From assembly GCF_004010195.1 (NCBI RefSeq), contig NC_057718.1, positions 71,293,715-71,357,714 of the forward strand: 64,000 bases of DNA, read 5' to 3'. Numbering within the stretch: position 1 is the first letter of the stretch; every line of letters starts with the position of its first letter. This document shows positions 35,981-47,748 of this stretch, in pieces. Origin of the DNA: Chiloscyllium plagiosum. Its lineage: Eukaryota. Position numbers and translations under genes: made by a program. The notes below the pieces were generated by a model. The model was not told where the DNA came from. It saw only the letters and a program-made list of their open reading frames with translations, and searched no databases.

Positions 35981-37526
35981 TTCCTTCAGTGTTGAGATAA
36001 AAGTCTGACATGTATCTCATGCTGCCGAAATACTTCGATAAAGATGCTCAATTTATCCTGTAAATTGTATCCATTTATTGTAGGATTCAGTTAAACTGAG
36101 ACAAGCATTCTACAAAATGCGTGATAAAACCGGATGGGAGATTCAGCTTGTTTTTTCAGTTACAGTATTGAATGCAACTCCAGAAAAGTATTAGCTAACG
36201 TTTATTTTATGGATCTTTCATGGCTGCCCGCCCCACCGTGTTCTTAGATTTCTCGCTTTTATATTGAAGCTTATGATGTGAATCCTTAGCCTGAGGACTA
36301 ATTTGCCCATTTGTTTGTCAATGGGAGTAATTCGTCCTTGTTATACACGTGCTCATACTATAGAATGGCATTTTTAATTATTCTAATATAGACGATAATA
36401 GTTCAAAAGAATTTTCTGGATAAGAGCCTTTTTTCATGCCTAATGAGGAAGGATGTATTGTTGGAACTGATATCAGGAAGTCCCTTAGACTCTGGGGAAA
36501 AGACCACAAGTAATCAAAATGAAAGTAGTCCATTGGGAAATAGCTGTTTTTAGCATATTCAGAACAAATGCATCCCAGTAAATTAGAGTAGCAAATTGTC
36601 AGGACAGTGGCTGCCTTTAATCAGAGAGCTGTCATGACACAAAAGCATTATTAGAGCATTTGCTGCCTGCACTAGTTTTCCAACAGGTATTATGACCTGC
36701 TTTTTTTCCCATACTATCATAAATTGTTTCCATTCACAGAATCATCTAATGGCACCTTGGGTTACTAAAGAGAAACCAGTTTTGGCTACTATTGAGGTAC
36801 TTGGCCACAAGGGGAAATATTGATAAGAGCCTGAAGAGCCCATATGTGATAATGTTAGGTTGTGAATACAAGTGAGAATCAGACGAAACTAGAAAAATAC
36901 AACAGTGGCATGTGAAAGGAATCCAAAAGTTGCTCTTTGAGAAGATGGGTGGGGTTGATTTGGAATAAAAAAAGGTGATAATTGGATGGATGTAGAGGGC
37001 ATGGCTGAACTACTAAATGAGAACTAGCATAGAATCCCTACAGTGTGGAAACAGGCTATTCAGCCCAACGAGTCCACACTGGAGAAGGCTGAAGTTGTTT
37101 TGCCTGGAGCAGAGCAGTTTAAGGAAAGATTGAGAGAGATGTTATTTGTACTGCTGAAGTGTATGTTCCTAGCCATGCCTCTCGTCAAATTGTTCCAGTG
37201 CAGCAATGATATTGACAGCAACCTAACAAAGTGAAAGTTACCTGATTGTCTTTTCTACAAAAGCAAAATAAATTCAAATACTACCCATCATCTACTTTGA
37301 ATTCTAAGCAAAATAACAGACGGTGTCATTAAGTGTTATGGAATGGCATTTAATCCTCAATTTACTCACTCGCTCAGCTGAATTCAAGTTCATAACATGC
37401 CTTGGTGGGATTTAAAGTATCTTTTCTATTAATCCTGTTAAGCCACTGTACTCAATTTCTTGTAATTGGTTTCAAAAGATAATTCTCATTTGCCTTTTTA
37501 TGCTAGAATAATGGTTTTCTTTTCAG

Positions 37527-37612
37527 TGATGGCAGCAGCTTCCATTGCCAACATTGTGAAAAGCTCCTTGGGACCAGTTGGCCTCGATAAAATGTTAGTC
37601 GATGATATTGGT
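37527..37612 (+). CDS. TCP1: TCP1 exon 2
   Basis: TTTCAG| (V)MAAASIANIVKSSLGPVGLDKMLVDDIG |GTAAGT. Confidence 0.97.
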
Positions 37613-38501
37613 GTAAGTAAAATTTACCACTCTTTACATTTTTTTAGCACCTAGTATATCTTCTGTTGAACGGTAAGTTGCTTTTTCATAAGCACTGGGT
37701 GCACATGGCCAAATGGCTAAGCTTCTTCATTTGTGCAGTTGAATACAGTAAAGCACAGTTGTCTCCTCACATCTAAAGTTTGCTTTATGGATTTGACTAC
37801 TTTCAATGCAGTCATCTTCATTTCTGTGGCAATTATCCTGATTCCCCTTCACCTTTCACTCTGTATCTTGAGTCTCCCTATTTTCAAAGGCTCAAGTCTC
37901 CTCCCTTTGTTGCTCCCTTCCACTTCCCAGTTTACGCTTTAGGAAAGAAATCTCTCGATTTCTGTTCGTGATTACTTTTTGTATGATGTGTTTAAGTGTC
38001 AAAAGATGCTTAACTTTATTGATGAAGAAAATGCTGATTTTGAATCATAGGGACAGCTGACCCAAGGCTGGAACAATAATAGGTTTTGAGAGAGAAAGAA
38101 GAGAGAAAAGTGGAGCAGTTTAAGGAAGAATTCCAGAGTTTGGAACCAATTAAATTGTGGTGTACAAGATGCCAGATTTGGAGAAGCATGGGGATGTCCA
38201 AGGCCAGCTGAGATAGAAGAGGTTACGTGGTAGGAAAGGGCATAACAACAGAGTTTTGAAGGCGTGAGTGAGGATTTTAAAATTATTGGGCCAGGAGCTA
38301 CTGTAAGTTAACTAGATTTGGAATAGTAGTGGAACAGGAGTTAAGGTGTGAGTTAACTTACACAGCAGAGCTTTGATTATTGCTAGTTGATACAGGGTAA
38401 AAAATGGGAGGCTGACCAGAACAGCATTATAGTAGCCAGGTCTAAGGTATAATGTGCAAGCTAACAGGTGGCTTGATGTTAGTGATGTTAAAGTCCAGAT
38501 T

Positions 38502-39919
38502 TGAGACGGTCCAGGGAATCCTTAATGGACTCAGACCTGTAAGCCCCTCTTGGTCTGTCATGGAGATTGTACTCTTTAGGAGTCTGAAATAAAAAAAACA
38601 CTTAGATTAGTTTAATTTTAGTCAACCCTTGTATTTACCAATAGCATCACTGTTACAACATAAGCTAAACTAACTAGGTTCTAATAACCTAGGAGAGTAG
38701 AGTACCAGCTCTTCAAGTGCCCTTAGCAGGCTACTCTTATATACCGATACAAAGTGGCTTCCTTTATACAAAAGTTTACAAAAGCATCACATATCAAAAA
38801 AATTCTTAATTAGACAGACAACAGTGAAAGACAATAACACGTAAGGAAGAAAAGGTCTGTGTACGCTTGACTAATCACTCCTGCAGGCCCTAAGTCATTC
38901 ATCAGGCGGGAAAAACCTACCCAGCCGAGTTAGGCATCTGCTAGCAAGATGAACTCCTATCATAAAGAGGTACCGGTCTGAGCTAATTGGAGAGTTCATA
39001 AGGTAACACAGCTAACATGTCAGATACACTCATTTTACAAAATGGCTTCTTAGCAAGGAAGGCAAACGTTTGACCGTAAAATGGCTCCAGACACATTGAG
39101 CCAGAATCTCTTCAATATCAGATCTAGAATAATTTTCTAAGCCTGGAGCAGACTTCTTTTTAAGCACTGAATCATTCTGTACCTGAGGCTGAGATGTTAC
39201 TGTAAGGTTGCATTTAAACTATTCATTAGTCTTTGAATTAAACATGCTTTCTTTTCAGGGTTGTGATTCAAATTCAAATAAGACAAGATCTGTTTAGTTA
39301 GAATTGACAGTGGGGCGGTCTGTAGAGTGGTCTGCAAGGTCAGCAAGGATGTCAAAGCTTCATCAATATTACCTTTTACAGAGTTTGTATTTAATAACCA
39401 GCAATGGCTACTCAGTATCATCATAAAGTCTCAAAAATGTAATTAAGTTCCATCCATAGCAGGTAAGCACTAAGAGTTAAATTTTCTACTGGCTTCAGGA
39501 GCCCGAGCACTATAATGGTTTTTCTCTCTCCTCTCGTGTCGTTTTGAACTCTCAAGTCAGGGTCTTGTAACAGAAAAGATGTTTTTCCTTCTGTGTCTTC
39601 TTAGCTTGCAAGAGGTAGTAAGAATTCATTATAATTGACAGGACCTGACCATCAGTTACATGGCTTTTGATAGTACCGAGTTTCGTTTCAGGGTCAGAAT
39701 CAAACACTTTCATTAATTTCACAAGGGAACAGTTATCACTTGGTATCCTGTTTACACAGATTCACCCATGTTAAGGCAATTGCCTTAGAGCATCTTGTTA
39801 TCACTTGGTGAGCATAGATGCTTTTATGTTCTGCATATTTGGGTTCCCCCTTTTTCTGAGCCTTCCTGCCTGTCAATTTTCTCGTGTGTAGCAAATGTGT
39901 TCTATAATTCAGCATTACA
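38502..39919 (-). mobile_element. Possible solo LTR in TCP1 intron 2
   Basis: Minus strand starts TGTAATG and ends GTCTCA, with TATAAA-like (~38765) and ATTAAA (~38613) in LTR order; no convincing TSD. Confidence 0.35.
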
Positions 39920-41662
39920 TTTCAGTCTAAATTTTAAAGACAAGCTTTAAGGCTATAGACTTTCTTAGTGATGCTGTGTATTTGTTTCTTGAAACTCAGC
40001 ATGCAATCAAACATCTTGATGAAGTACTGTTTTGATTCCTTTGCCTGGCAACTTTGCAAAGCTGAATGGAAATTCTTGTCCGGGGAACCATGTTTGAGAA
40101 AGGACTCAAGATAATGGACCTCAGACAATGAAGATGAGAGATATATTGGAGGAATCACTAGGTTGAGGCAGACTAATAATTTTAATGGGAGAGGAGCCTC
40201 AGTGGTGCTGTCTTGCTGAAAGGGAGGTCCTAAATTTTTGGAAATCTGAAAATGCAATGTTAAGTTACTCGATTTTCAATCAGAAGAGTATGATGAAGGA
40301 AGTGGGATTAACAAGCAAAGATATAGTGTAAGAGCAATTCAAGGGAATGATCAGAACTGGCCTTGTGTAGTGGTATGATAGGGGTTGTGAGACCATTTGA
40401 GATAGTCCGGGCAAGTCTTAGGAAAGAATGATCAGTGAACTCCTGAGGAGAATGTGCAAAGAAATAGCAAGAGGACTGCCAAAGAAAAAAAAATGCCAAA
40501 GGTAAATAAAGCTCAAGTCTAAAATACCAGCCAAAGACCATATATAATTGATATGAGGAAGATTGGCTACACAGATGTAGTTACATATAAGATCATAAAG
40601 AAGTAATTAAATAAACAGTTATGCAGAGACAACACATCAAAAATCGCAACTTAGTTAGAAGTTCAATGATGTGGCTGTAGATTGGGTAGGATTAGAGGTG
40701 CACTGATGTTTGTGCTTGGATGGATGACACCAGAAATGATTAGACAAGCTGTACTTTTAAGCATTTGTGAAGAAGTGGTCACTAACACTAGTCAGTCACC
40801 AGGCCTATGAATTGTAAAATACGTAGCAGCAAAATTATACTCCAAGTGCAATTTCTCTAACAGTCAAATTGAGAATTAAGTAAGCTCAATAGGTTCTGTG
40901 GCAGTAATTCCCCAGGTGTGGGTGGTAATTGATATGACTAATCAGTCTTCCAAGCAATGTTCGTCCAGTCACCATTAAGATAAAGCTTTTGGATGATTTG
41001 ACAAGCTGATCTGTCAGGCATGCTCTTCAGTGACTTGCTTTACTGTCTAAACTGCCATTATAATGAAGAGTGATGTTGAAAGTGAGCAGGGCTAGTTTGT
41101 GTATCAATGTCAATTTTGTTTCATTGCATAAATTTTAAAACTTATCTAAGTTATAGAAAGCAACTTATTCCAAAAACACATGTGGCCTGATGCAGATTTG
41201 TATATCAGCAAGCCAGATTTTGCTGCCTTGTAAGATTTCAGGCTTCTTAATTTGACTAGTTTGATTCAGCCTGAGGCACTGCTGAAGAGACATCCTGTGA
41301 CTATATCCACAGATCTTCCCCCAGTATTGATTTGCTCCTGATCATTTTCCTTTATCTATCCAGTATAATGATTTAATATTGAAAAAACTCACAATGTTCA
41401 AGCTGTCATTCTTGCCTTGCATTTTAGTTTTATGTTCTGTTCTTGAATGGTTCTTGAGAGTTTTAGATTACTGTAGTGTGCTTTCCTTTAGCAATGTCAC
41501 ATCGACTATATTTTGAAGAGCTCTAAAGGAAAATTAAGAATCGGTATTTTAAGAATTAGTGCAAACTACATAAAAGTATTGTGGGTGAGATAGAATAAAT
41601 TATTTTAGGGTATCTTTTGGATTTTCATATTTTTTAAATTTTACATATTTCTGATCTTTTAG

Positions 41663-41791
41663 GATGTCACCATCACTAATGATGGAGCAACAATTCTCCA
41701 GCTGCTTGAAGTAGAACATCCAGCTGCTAAGGTGTTATGTGAATTAGCTGATCTGCAAGACAAGGAAGTAGGGGATGGTACAACATCAGTT
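41663..41791 (+). CDS. TCP1: TCP1 exon 3
   Basis: [55 protein letters not shown]; contains the chaperonin GDGTT motif. Confidence 0.98.
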
Positions 41792-42441
41792 GTAAGTCCA
41801 TTGTGTCATCTGCCCTGCTTCTATTTTGGAAATGTACTAATGAGAAATACCCGTGGATTAACCTGAATTGTTCTAAAGTACAATTTAAAAAAAAACATTA
41901 TTTGTGGGATGTGTGTTGCTGGATGGCCAGCATTTAATTGACAGTCTCTCGTTGCTTTTAAAGATGATGGTGAGCTGCTGTCTTTAAGTGCTGCAGTTCA
42001 CATGCTGTAGGTAGATCCACAATGCTGTTAGGGAGGGATTATGTTGTTCACTTAATTATTCTAACACTTGGAACAAATTACAGCACCATGGACTGAGACC
42101 ATTATTACTGTTTAGAATTAATTCATGACAGTGGATCAGAAATATAGTTGTCCACATCAAATAGGGAGACAGTATTATTTTGAGATCCAAAAACTTAGAA
42201 CATGAGAAATAATTATTCTGTATCCTATTGATGTCAAGTTGGTGGCATTATATTATGCTTTGTTGTTCATGAATGCTGTGTTTTACATAGAAATACTCAA
42301 TTTTGAGTTTGGAAAATGAATTAATCACTAATTTCAATTTAATAATGAAGTTCAAATTTATCTTTTAAAAACTGGATTTTCAGAATTAAAATGTAACTTT
42401 CCATAATCTGTAATATTAAAATTTCTTCAAATTGTTCGATG

Positions 42442-42767
42442 GGTGGCATGGTGGCACAGTGGTTAGCATTGCTGCCTCACAGCGCCAGAGACCCAGGTTC
42501 AATTCCCGCCTCAGGCGACTGACTGTGTGCAGTTTGCACGTTCTCCCCGTGTCTGCGTGGGTTTCCTCCGGGTGCTCCGGTTTCCTCCCACAGTCCAAAG
42601 GTGTGCAGGTCAGGTGAATTGGCCATGCTAAATTGCCCGTAGTGTTAGGTAAGGGGTAAATGTAGGGGTATGGGTGGGTTGCGCTTCGGCGGGTCGGTGT
42701 GGACTTGTTGGGCCGAAGGGCCTGTTTCCACACTGTAATGTAATGTAATCTAATCTAATCTAATCTG
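42442..42767 (+). mobile_element. HE1/V-SINE in TCP1 intron 3
   Basis: Full SINE with TAATG/TAATC tail. Confidence 0.93.
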
Positions 42768-42934
42768 ATTTCGTTTGTGTATGAATTAAAAACATTTCCT
42801 GTTTTTAGTTGTTTAATTCTTGTTATTTTGTGAATGCTAGATTAACAAACCTATCCATCAGCTTTCAAAATGTATTCTGGGTGGGAAGAATAGTTAATAC
42901 TGGACATCTTGTGTTCCTTTCACCTTTAATGCAG

Positions 42935-43032
42935 GTTATTCTTGCTGCTGAACTACTTAAGGGTGCAGATGAGTTGGTCAAACAGAAAATTCATCCAACC
43001 TCCATCATTGGTGGTTATCGTCTTGCCTGCAA
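42935..43032 (+). CDS. TCP1: TCP1 exon 4
   Basis: GCAG| VILAAELLKGADELVKQKIHPTSIIGGYRLAC(K) |GTAAGT. Confidence 0.97.
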
Positions 43033-44597
43033 GTAAGTTCAGAAAATGTATTCAATAAGTCAAGCGTCGGAATTTTTACAATTAAACCTTTTACAGATGT
43101 GTGGCAGATTAAGTTGTACTATGTTCTCTGGCATGATAAATATTGTTTGCTGTCGAAGTTTTTTTCAGGTGAATTAAAACTTGTCAAATCTTGAAGTATT
43201 GAATTGGTATTTGTAACATTTTATTAAGTAAACATGTCAATAATGTGGGGTGCAACTATAGGTGCAAAGAGTAGGCACAGAAGGTACATTGAAATAGTTG
43301 TTACATGAAGTCAAGTTTGGAGCAAGCAAGTGGGAAGAGATGGTTTGTGGCAATTATTTTATTTAGTACAAATGGAAATGTTTCAAATACAAGTCTGTCA
43401 ACCATTTCTGAATTGAACTAGAACTTGTGAACTTGCTGTACATGAATATGATGAAAGTTGTCATCAGCAGTGCAATCAAGCAGCACTTGCTTATAAGTAA
43501 ATTGCTAACTGTTCAATTTGAGTTCTGTGACAGCCATTAGGTTCCAAACTCATTACAGCCTTGGTTCAATCATGCACACCAGAGGTGAGTGCGAGGTGTC
43601 CTTGACATCAAGGCTACATTGACGTCAAGGGACTTCACCCAAGCAAAATTAGAGTTAGTGGGAATTGGGCAGAAACTCTCACTGGTTGGAACAATTTCTT
43701 GCACAAAGGAAGATGGTTGTGGTTATTAGATGTCAGCCATCTCCGCTCCAGTGCATTTTGCAGGAGATCCTTTAGTAGATATTCTTAATCAACCTGTTCA
43801 AGAATGTTATGACCTGTGTTAGAGCAGTTAGGACATGAATCTATGCCTTCTGGCTCAAAAATAATATGCCCTAGGCCCAACCAAGAGAGAATATAGCCTT
43901 TGCCTCTTGTCATTAAATCCTAGAATCACTACTGTATGGATGCGGTCCATTTGGCCTCGAGTCCACGCTGACCTTCCAAGCCCACTTTCGTTTCTATTCC
44001 TGTTACCCTGCATTTCCCTTGGCTAATCCATTTAGCCTGCACATCCCTGGACACAATGGGCAATATTATGTGGTCAATTCAACTAACCTGCACATCTTTG
44101 GACTGTGGGTGACACCCACACAGACGCGTAGAGCATGTGCAAACTCCGTGCAGACAGTTTCCCGAGGGCAGAATCAAACTCTGTCCTTGGTGCTGCAAGA
44201 CAGCGGTACTCATCACAGAGCCACCATGCTGTTCTTTACCATGAATGGCATTACTGTCAGTGAATCCCCAGTACTATCAACATTCTGGGAAGGGTGTCAA
44301 CATTCACCAGAGCTTGAACTGATATAGCCATATAAGTTGTGTGGCTATAATAGTGGGTCAGAAGCTAGGAATCCTGCAGTGAATAACACACCACCTGATT
44401 CCCCAAAGTTGTCTGTTGTCAACAAGACAAATCAAGAATGTGATGGAATGCTCTCCACTTGGATGAATGAATACGATACAACATTCGAGAAGCTTGACTT
44501 CATCCAGAAGATGACAACCCCATGATTGTCTCCACGTCCACAGGCATTCCCTTTCCCACCAATGTTCATTAACAGCAGTGAGTACTACCTGTAAAAT

Positions 44598-44917
44598 GAT
44601 TAGATTAGATTAGATTACTTACAGTGTGGAAACAGGCCCTTCGGCCCAACAAGTCCACACTGACCCGCCGAAGCGCAACCCACCCATACCCCTACATTTA
44701 CCCCTTTACCTAACACTACGGTCAATTTAGCATGGCCAATTCACCTGACCTGCACATCTTTGGACTGTGGGAGGAAACCGGAGCACCCGGAGGAAACCCA
44801 CGCAGACACGGGGAGAATGTGCAAACTCCACACAGTCAGTCGCCTGAGTCGGGAATTGAACCCGGGTCTCTGGCGCTGTGAGGCAGCAGTGCTAACCACT
44901 GTGCCACCGTGCCGCCC
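44598..44917 (-). mobile_element. HE1/V-SINE in TCP1 intron 4
   Basis: Full reverse-complement SINE. Confidence 0.93.
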
Positions 44918-45701
44918 ATAATGCTCTACAAAATGCTCTACAAAAATTCTCTAAGATTGGTTAGACAGCATCTCCAAGCCCATGACCACTACCAGTTAGA
45001 AGGACAAGGTTACAGATATAAGGGAATACAACCACTTGCAATGTCACAACCAAACCATTCTGATTTGACAATGTATCTGTTTCTTCAGTATAATAGAGTT
45101 ATAATCTTTGAACTCTAGCCCAGCTCCCAGTGATATCTACATCGCATGAGTGAATTTTAAAAAAGTGTTATTTTTAAGAGAATCTTGGAGTTGAATAAAG
45201 CTTTTGCATGTGTCCATGAATGGTGAAGTGAGAGTAAGTTTGGAGGAACTGAGGATGTTTATTCTTAATTTAAGGGTCTCTGCAACCTGCATATTCTTGC
45301 AGGTTGTATTTTCCCTTGCCACATGGAAAATGTTAGATATATTCAGCAGTAATAGTTTGAGACTATAGAGATTCACATATCTTAACCAAAATGCCTTGCA
45401 GTCCTTTTCAGAAATTCAGAGTTGACACTTAATTCTTCCATGGTTTAAATACGAACACCATTACTCATTTTGTGTTGCACTAATATTGTACACAGTGTGA
45501 ACCCAAATAATATAAACGGTTGCTCCAATCAGTTTTGTTCCCCTTATAAACTTCATATTGTAAAAGAATTGTAGAACAGTGGTTGCTACAGCTTCGGTCT
45601 TTATTTTCAAGATATACATATGAGTTTTTATTTCATAAAAGATCTGGAGAGATTGCTTTGTTGCCTGGGGTTAGATTTGAGAAATGATTAACTTTTCCAT
45701 T

Positions 45702-45826
45702 AACCCGCATTGTTTGGCTAGCTTGACTTTGTTTCTTGGCTTGCTAGTTATTACTTGTGGGGAGAAAAATATAGTCACAACAATGTACTGAATTTGTTTC
45801 TGTACAAATAAAATGACTGCACAGAT
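45702..45826 (+). ncRNA. Candidate box H/ACA snoRNA in TCP1 intron 4
   Basis: Hairpin 1 (CCCGCA/TGTGGG, TGGCTAGC/GCTAGTTA), H box AGAAAA 45763-45768, hairpin 2 (TAGTCA/TGACTG, TGTAC/GTACA), ACA 45821-45823 plus 3 nt; same strand as the host gene. Confidence 0.6.
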
Positions 45827-45991
45827 GTATGAATATTTTTTGCATGTTGCTGTTGATGTATTCTTGCTTTTTGTGACTATTGTTGTCTTGCTGAGAACAA
45901 TAAATCAGGTGTGGAAGCACAAATACTCGAACACTGAGCCATCAAGATGAACTTTTTGCCATGTTTGTTTGCAGCCATTTGGGTAGTAGAT

Positions 45992-46190
45992 GAAACAAAA
46001 ACAGAAACAGCTGGAAAAGCTCAGCAGGTCTGGCAGCATTTGTAAAGAGAAATCAGAGTTAATGTTTCGGGTCGAGTGATCCTTCCTCTGAACTGGACCT
46101 GAAACATTAACTCTGATTTCTATTTCTGCCAGACCTGCTGAGCTTTTCCAGCAACTTCTGTTTTTGTTTCTGATTTACAGCATCCACAGT
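45992..46190. mobile_element. Penelope-derived fold-back element (second subfamily)
   Basis: Inverted arms AAACAAAAACAGAA..GCTGGAAAAGCTCAGCAGGTCTGGCAG / CTGCCAGACCTGCTGAGCTTTTCCAGC..TTCTGTTTTTGTTT; relatives at ~1540-1690 and ~35320-35500. Confidence 0.75.
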
Positions 46191-46466
46191 GTTTTTTTCG
46201 GTGTCTGTTGTGTATAAGATGAATTTGCTTTAACCATTCTAATGTCGTGAAGTGAGAAATGGCTGGTTTGTGGTAGTCTGATATCAAAGGAAGACCATTC
46301 ATAATTTAATTTTAAAAAAGCAGTGTCATGTTTTATCCATAGAGGTAAACATTGATTTTAGTTAAATTTTTGTATTGATACACTATTTTTCTCCTGTAAA
46401 AGATCCCAACATGAATCTTATTAAATAAAGACAATGTCACCTAAACATATTCCTTTTTATTAACAG

Positions 46467-46577
46467 GGAGGCAGTCCGTTACATCCAGGAGAACTTGACC
46501 ATTAATATGGATGAACTAGGCAGAGAGTGTCTTGTCAATGCTGCTAAAACATCCATGTCATCAAAAATAATTGGAGT
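46467..46577 (+). CDS. TCP1: TCP1 exon 5
   Basis: AACAG| (K)[36 protein letters not shown](V) |GTATCTTTT. Confidence 0.96.
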
Positions 46578-47566
46578 GTATCTTTTGAATGGAAGCATGT
46601 GTTTCTGAAATTTTTTGACTTGTAAGAAGGATAAATTCAATGTGACTTTCTTGTCCTTGTACTCTAGTAGGCATTCCTAATAGAATCAGTTCGAATGAGA
46701 TATTTATATATTGGCAAGAAATGTGGCTGTTTTTAAAAAAATGTGTAAGTTGCTAGTGTTAAAGTCTGTTATACTTTATTAAGTGCTTGTTGGTATTGAC
46801 TAACTGAACATGTTCAAGGCTTGCTTGTTTTCCTGCCTATGCTTGGTTTTTCTTGATTAGAAACAAGTGTTTGAGTGCAACAGAACCTTTTAAAGAGAAC
46901 TTTTTGAATCTTAATTGAAATAAATCCGGAGTCCTCAAAATTGTTTAATACCAGCAAGTAGTATGAAATGCTGCTAGATGGCATTAGATTTGAATTTTTT
47001 CCATTCTTGATTTAAGGCAAATGTCGAGAGATATTCTGGTTAGATGGATTAGCCATGGGAAATGCAGGGTTAAAGGGATAGGGTAGGGGATTGGGTCTGG
47101 ATGGGATGTTTATCAGCAGGTCATTGTGGATTTGATGGCCTGAATAGCTTGCTTCCACACTGTAGGGATTCTGTTACCATACCTTGGTGAATCTTTCTTC
47201 TTAAACTACATTTTGGTACAAAGTGTCTGTTCCGTTTTCATTTGTCTTGAAATAACAATGATTATAGCAACAATTTCTTGTATGTTGTCACCTGAAAAAT
47301 TTTGTTTCTGATGTAGATTATTTCAATTGGCCTTATATTTGTGCATTTGAGATGGATATCATTGAAATTTATGAATGAGTGGAAATTATCTGCAAACATT
47401 TCTAGCTGACTAGTCTTTCAAGTTGACACATGTAAAGCCATAATGCACTCTATATAATGTAGCCTCTTGAGTGTGAGAAGGGTGAGTTCTTAAACATACC
47501 TGAAGTAATTCTTGGACAATTTTTAAATTTCTATGATTCTTATTAACCTTGACTTTAATTGCACAG
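46578..47566 (+). other. TCP1: U12-type (minor spliceosome) GT-AG intron 5 of TCP1
   Basis: 5' site GTATCTTTT; branch CCTTGAC at 47547-47553 with the A 14 nt before the intron end; no strong polypyrimidine tract. Confidence 0.85.
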
Positions 47567-47748
47567 TGATGCAGATTTCTTTGCCAACATGGTGGTCGAT
47601 GCTGCTCATGCAGTAAAATTCACAGATGCTAAAGGTCAGCCTCGCTATCCAATCAAGGCGATAAATCTGCTAAAGGCTCATGGACGGAGCCAGAGAGAGA
47701 GTCTTTTGGTGAATGGTTATGCACTTAATTGTACTGTTGGTTCACAAG
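47567..47748 (+). CDS. TCP1: TCP1 exon 6
   Basis: CACAG| (V)[60 protein letters not shown](G) |GTAAAT. Confidence 0.97.

Noticed and set aside
41470..41575. Possible H/ACA RNA in TCP1 intron 2 (TTCCTTTAG/CTAAAGGAA stem followed by AAATTA)
   Set aside because: No convincing second hairpin with a correctly spaced ACA.
42416..42733. Recurrent ORFs such as ..NLAWPIHLTCTSLDCGRKPEHPEETHADTG..
   Set aside because: Translations of HE1 SINE copies, not a gene family.
47270..47400. Possible H/ACA RNA in intron 5 (AGATTA..TGCA stem..ACATTT)
   Set aside because: Stems are weak in AT-rich DNA; resemblance to SNORA20 rests on uncertain recall.
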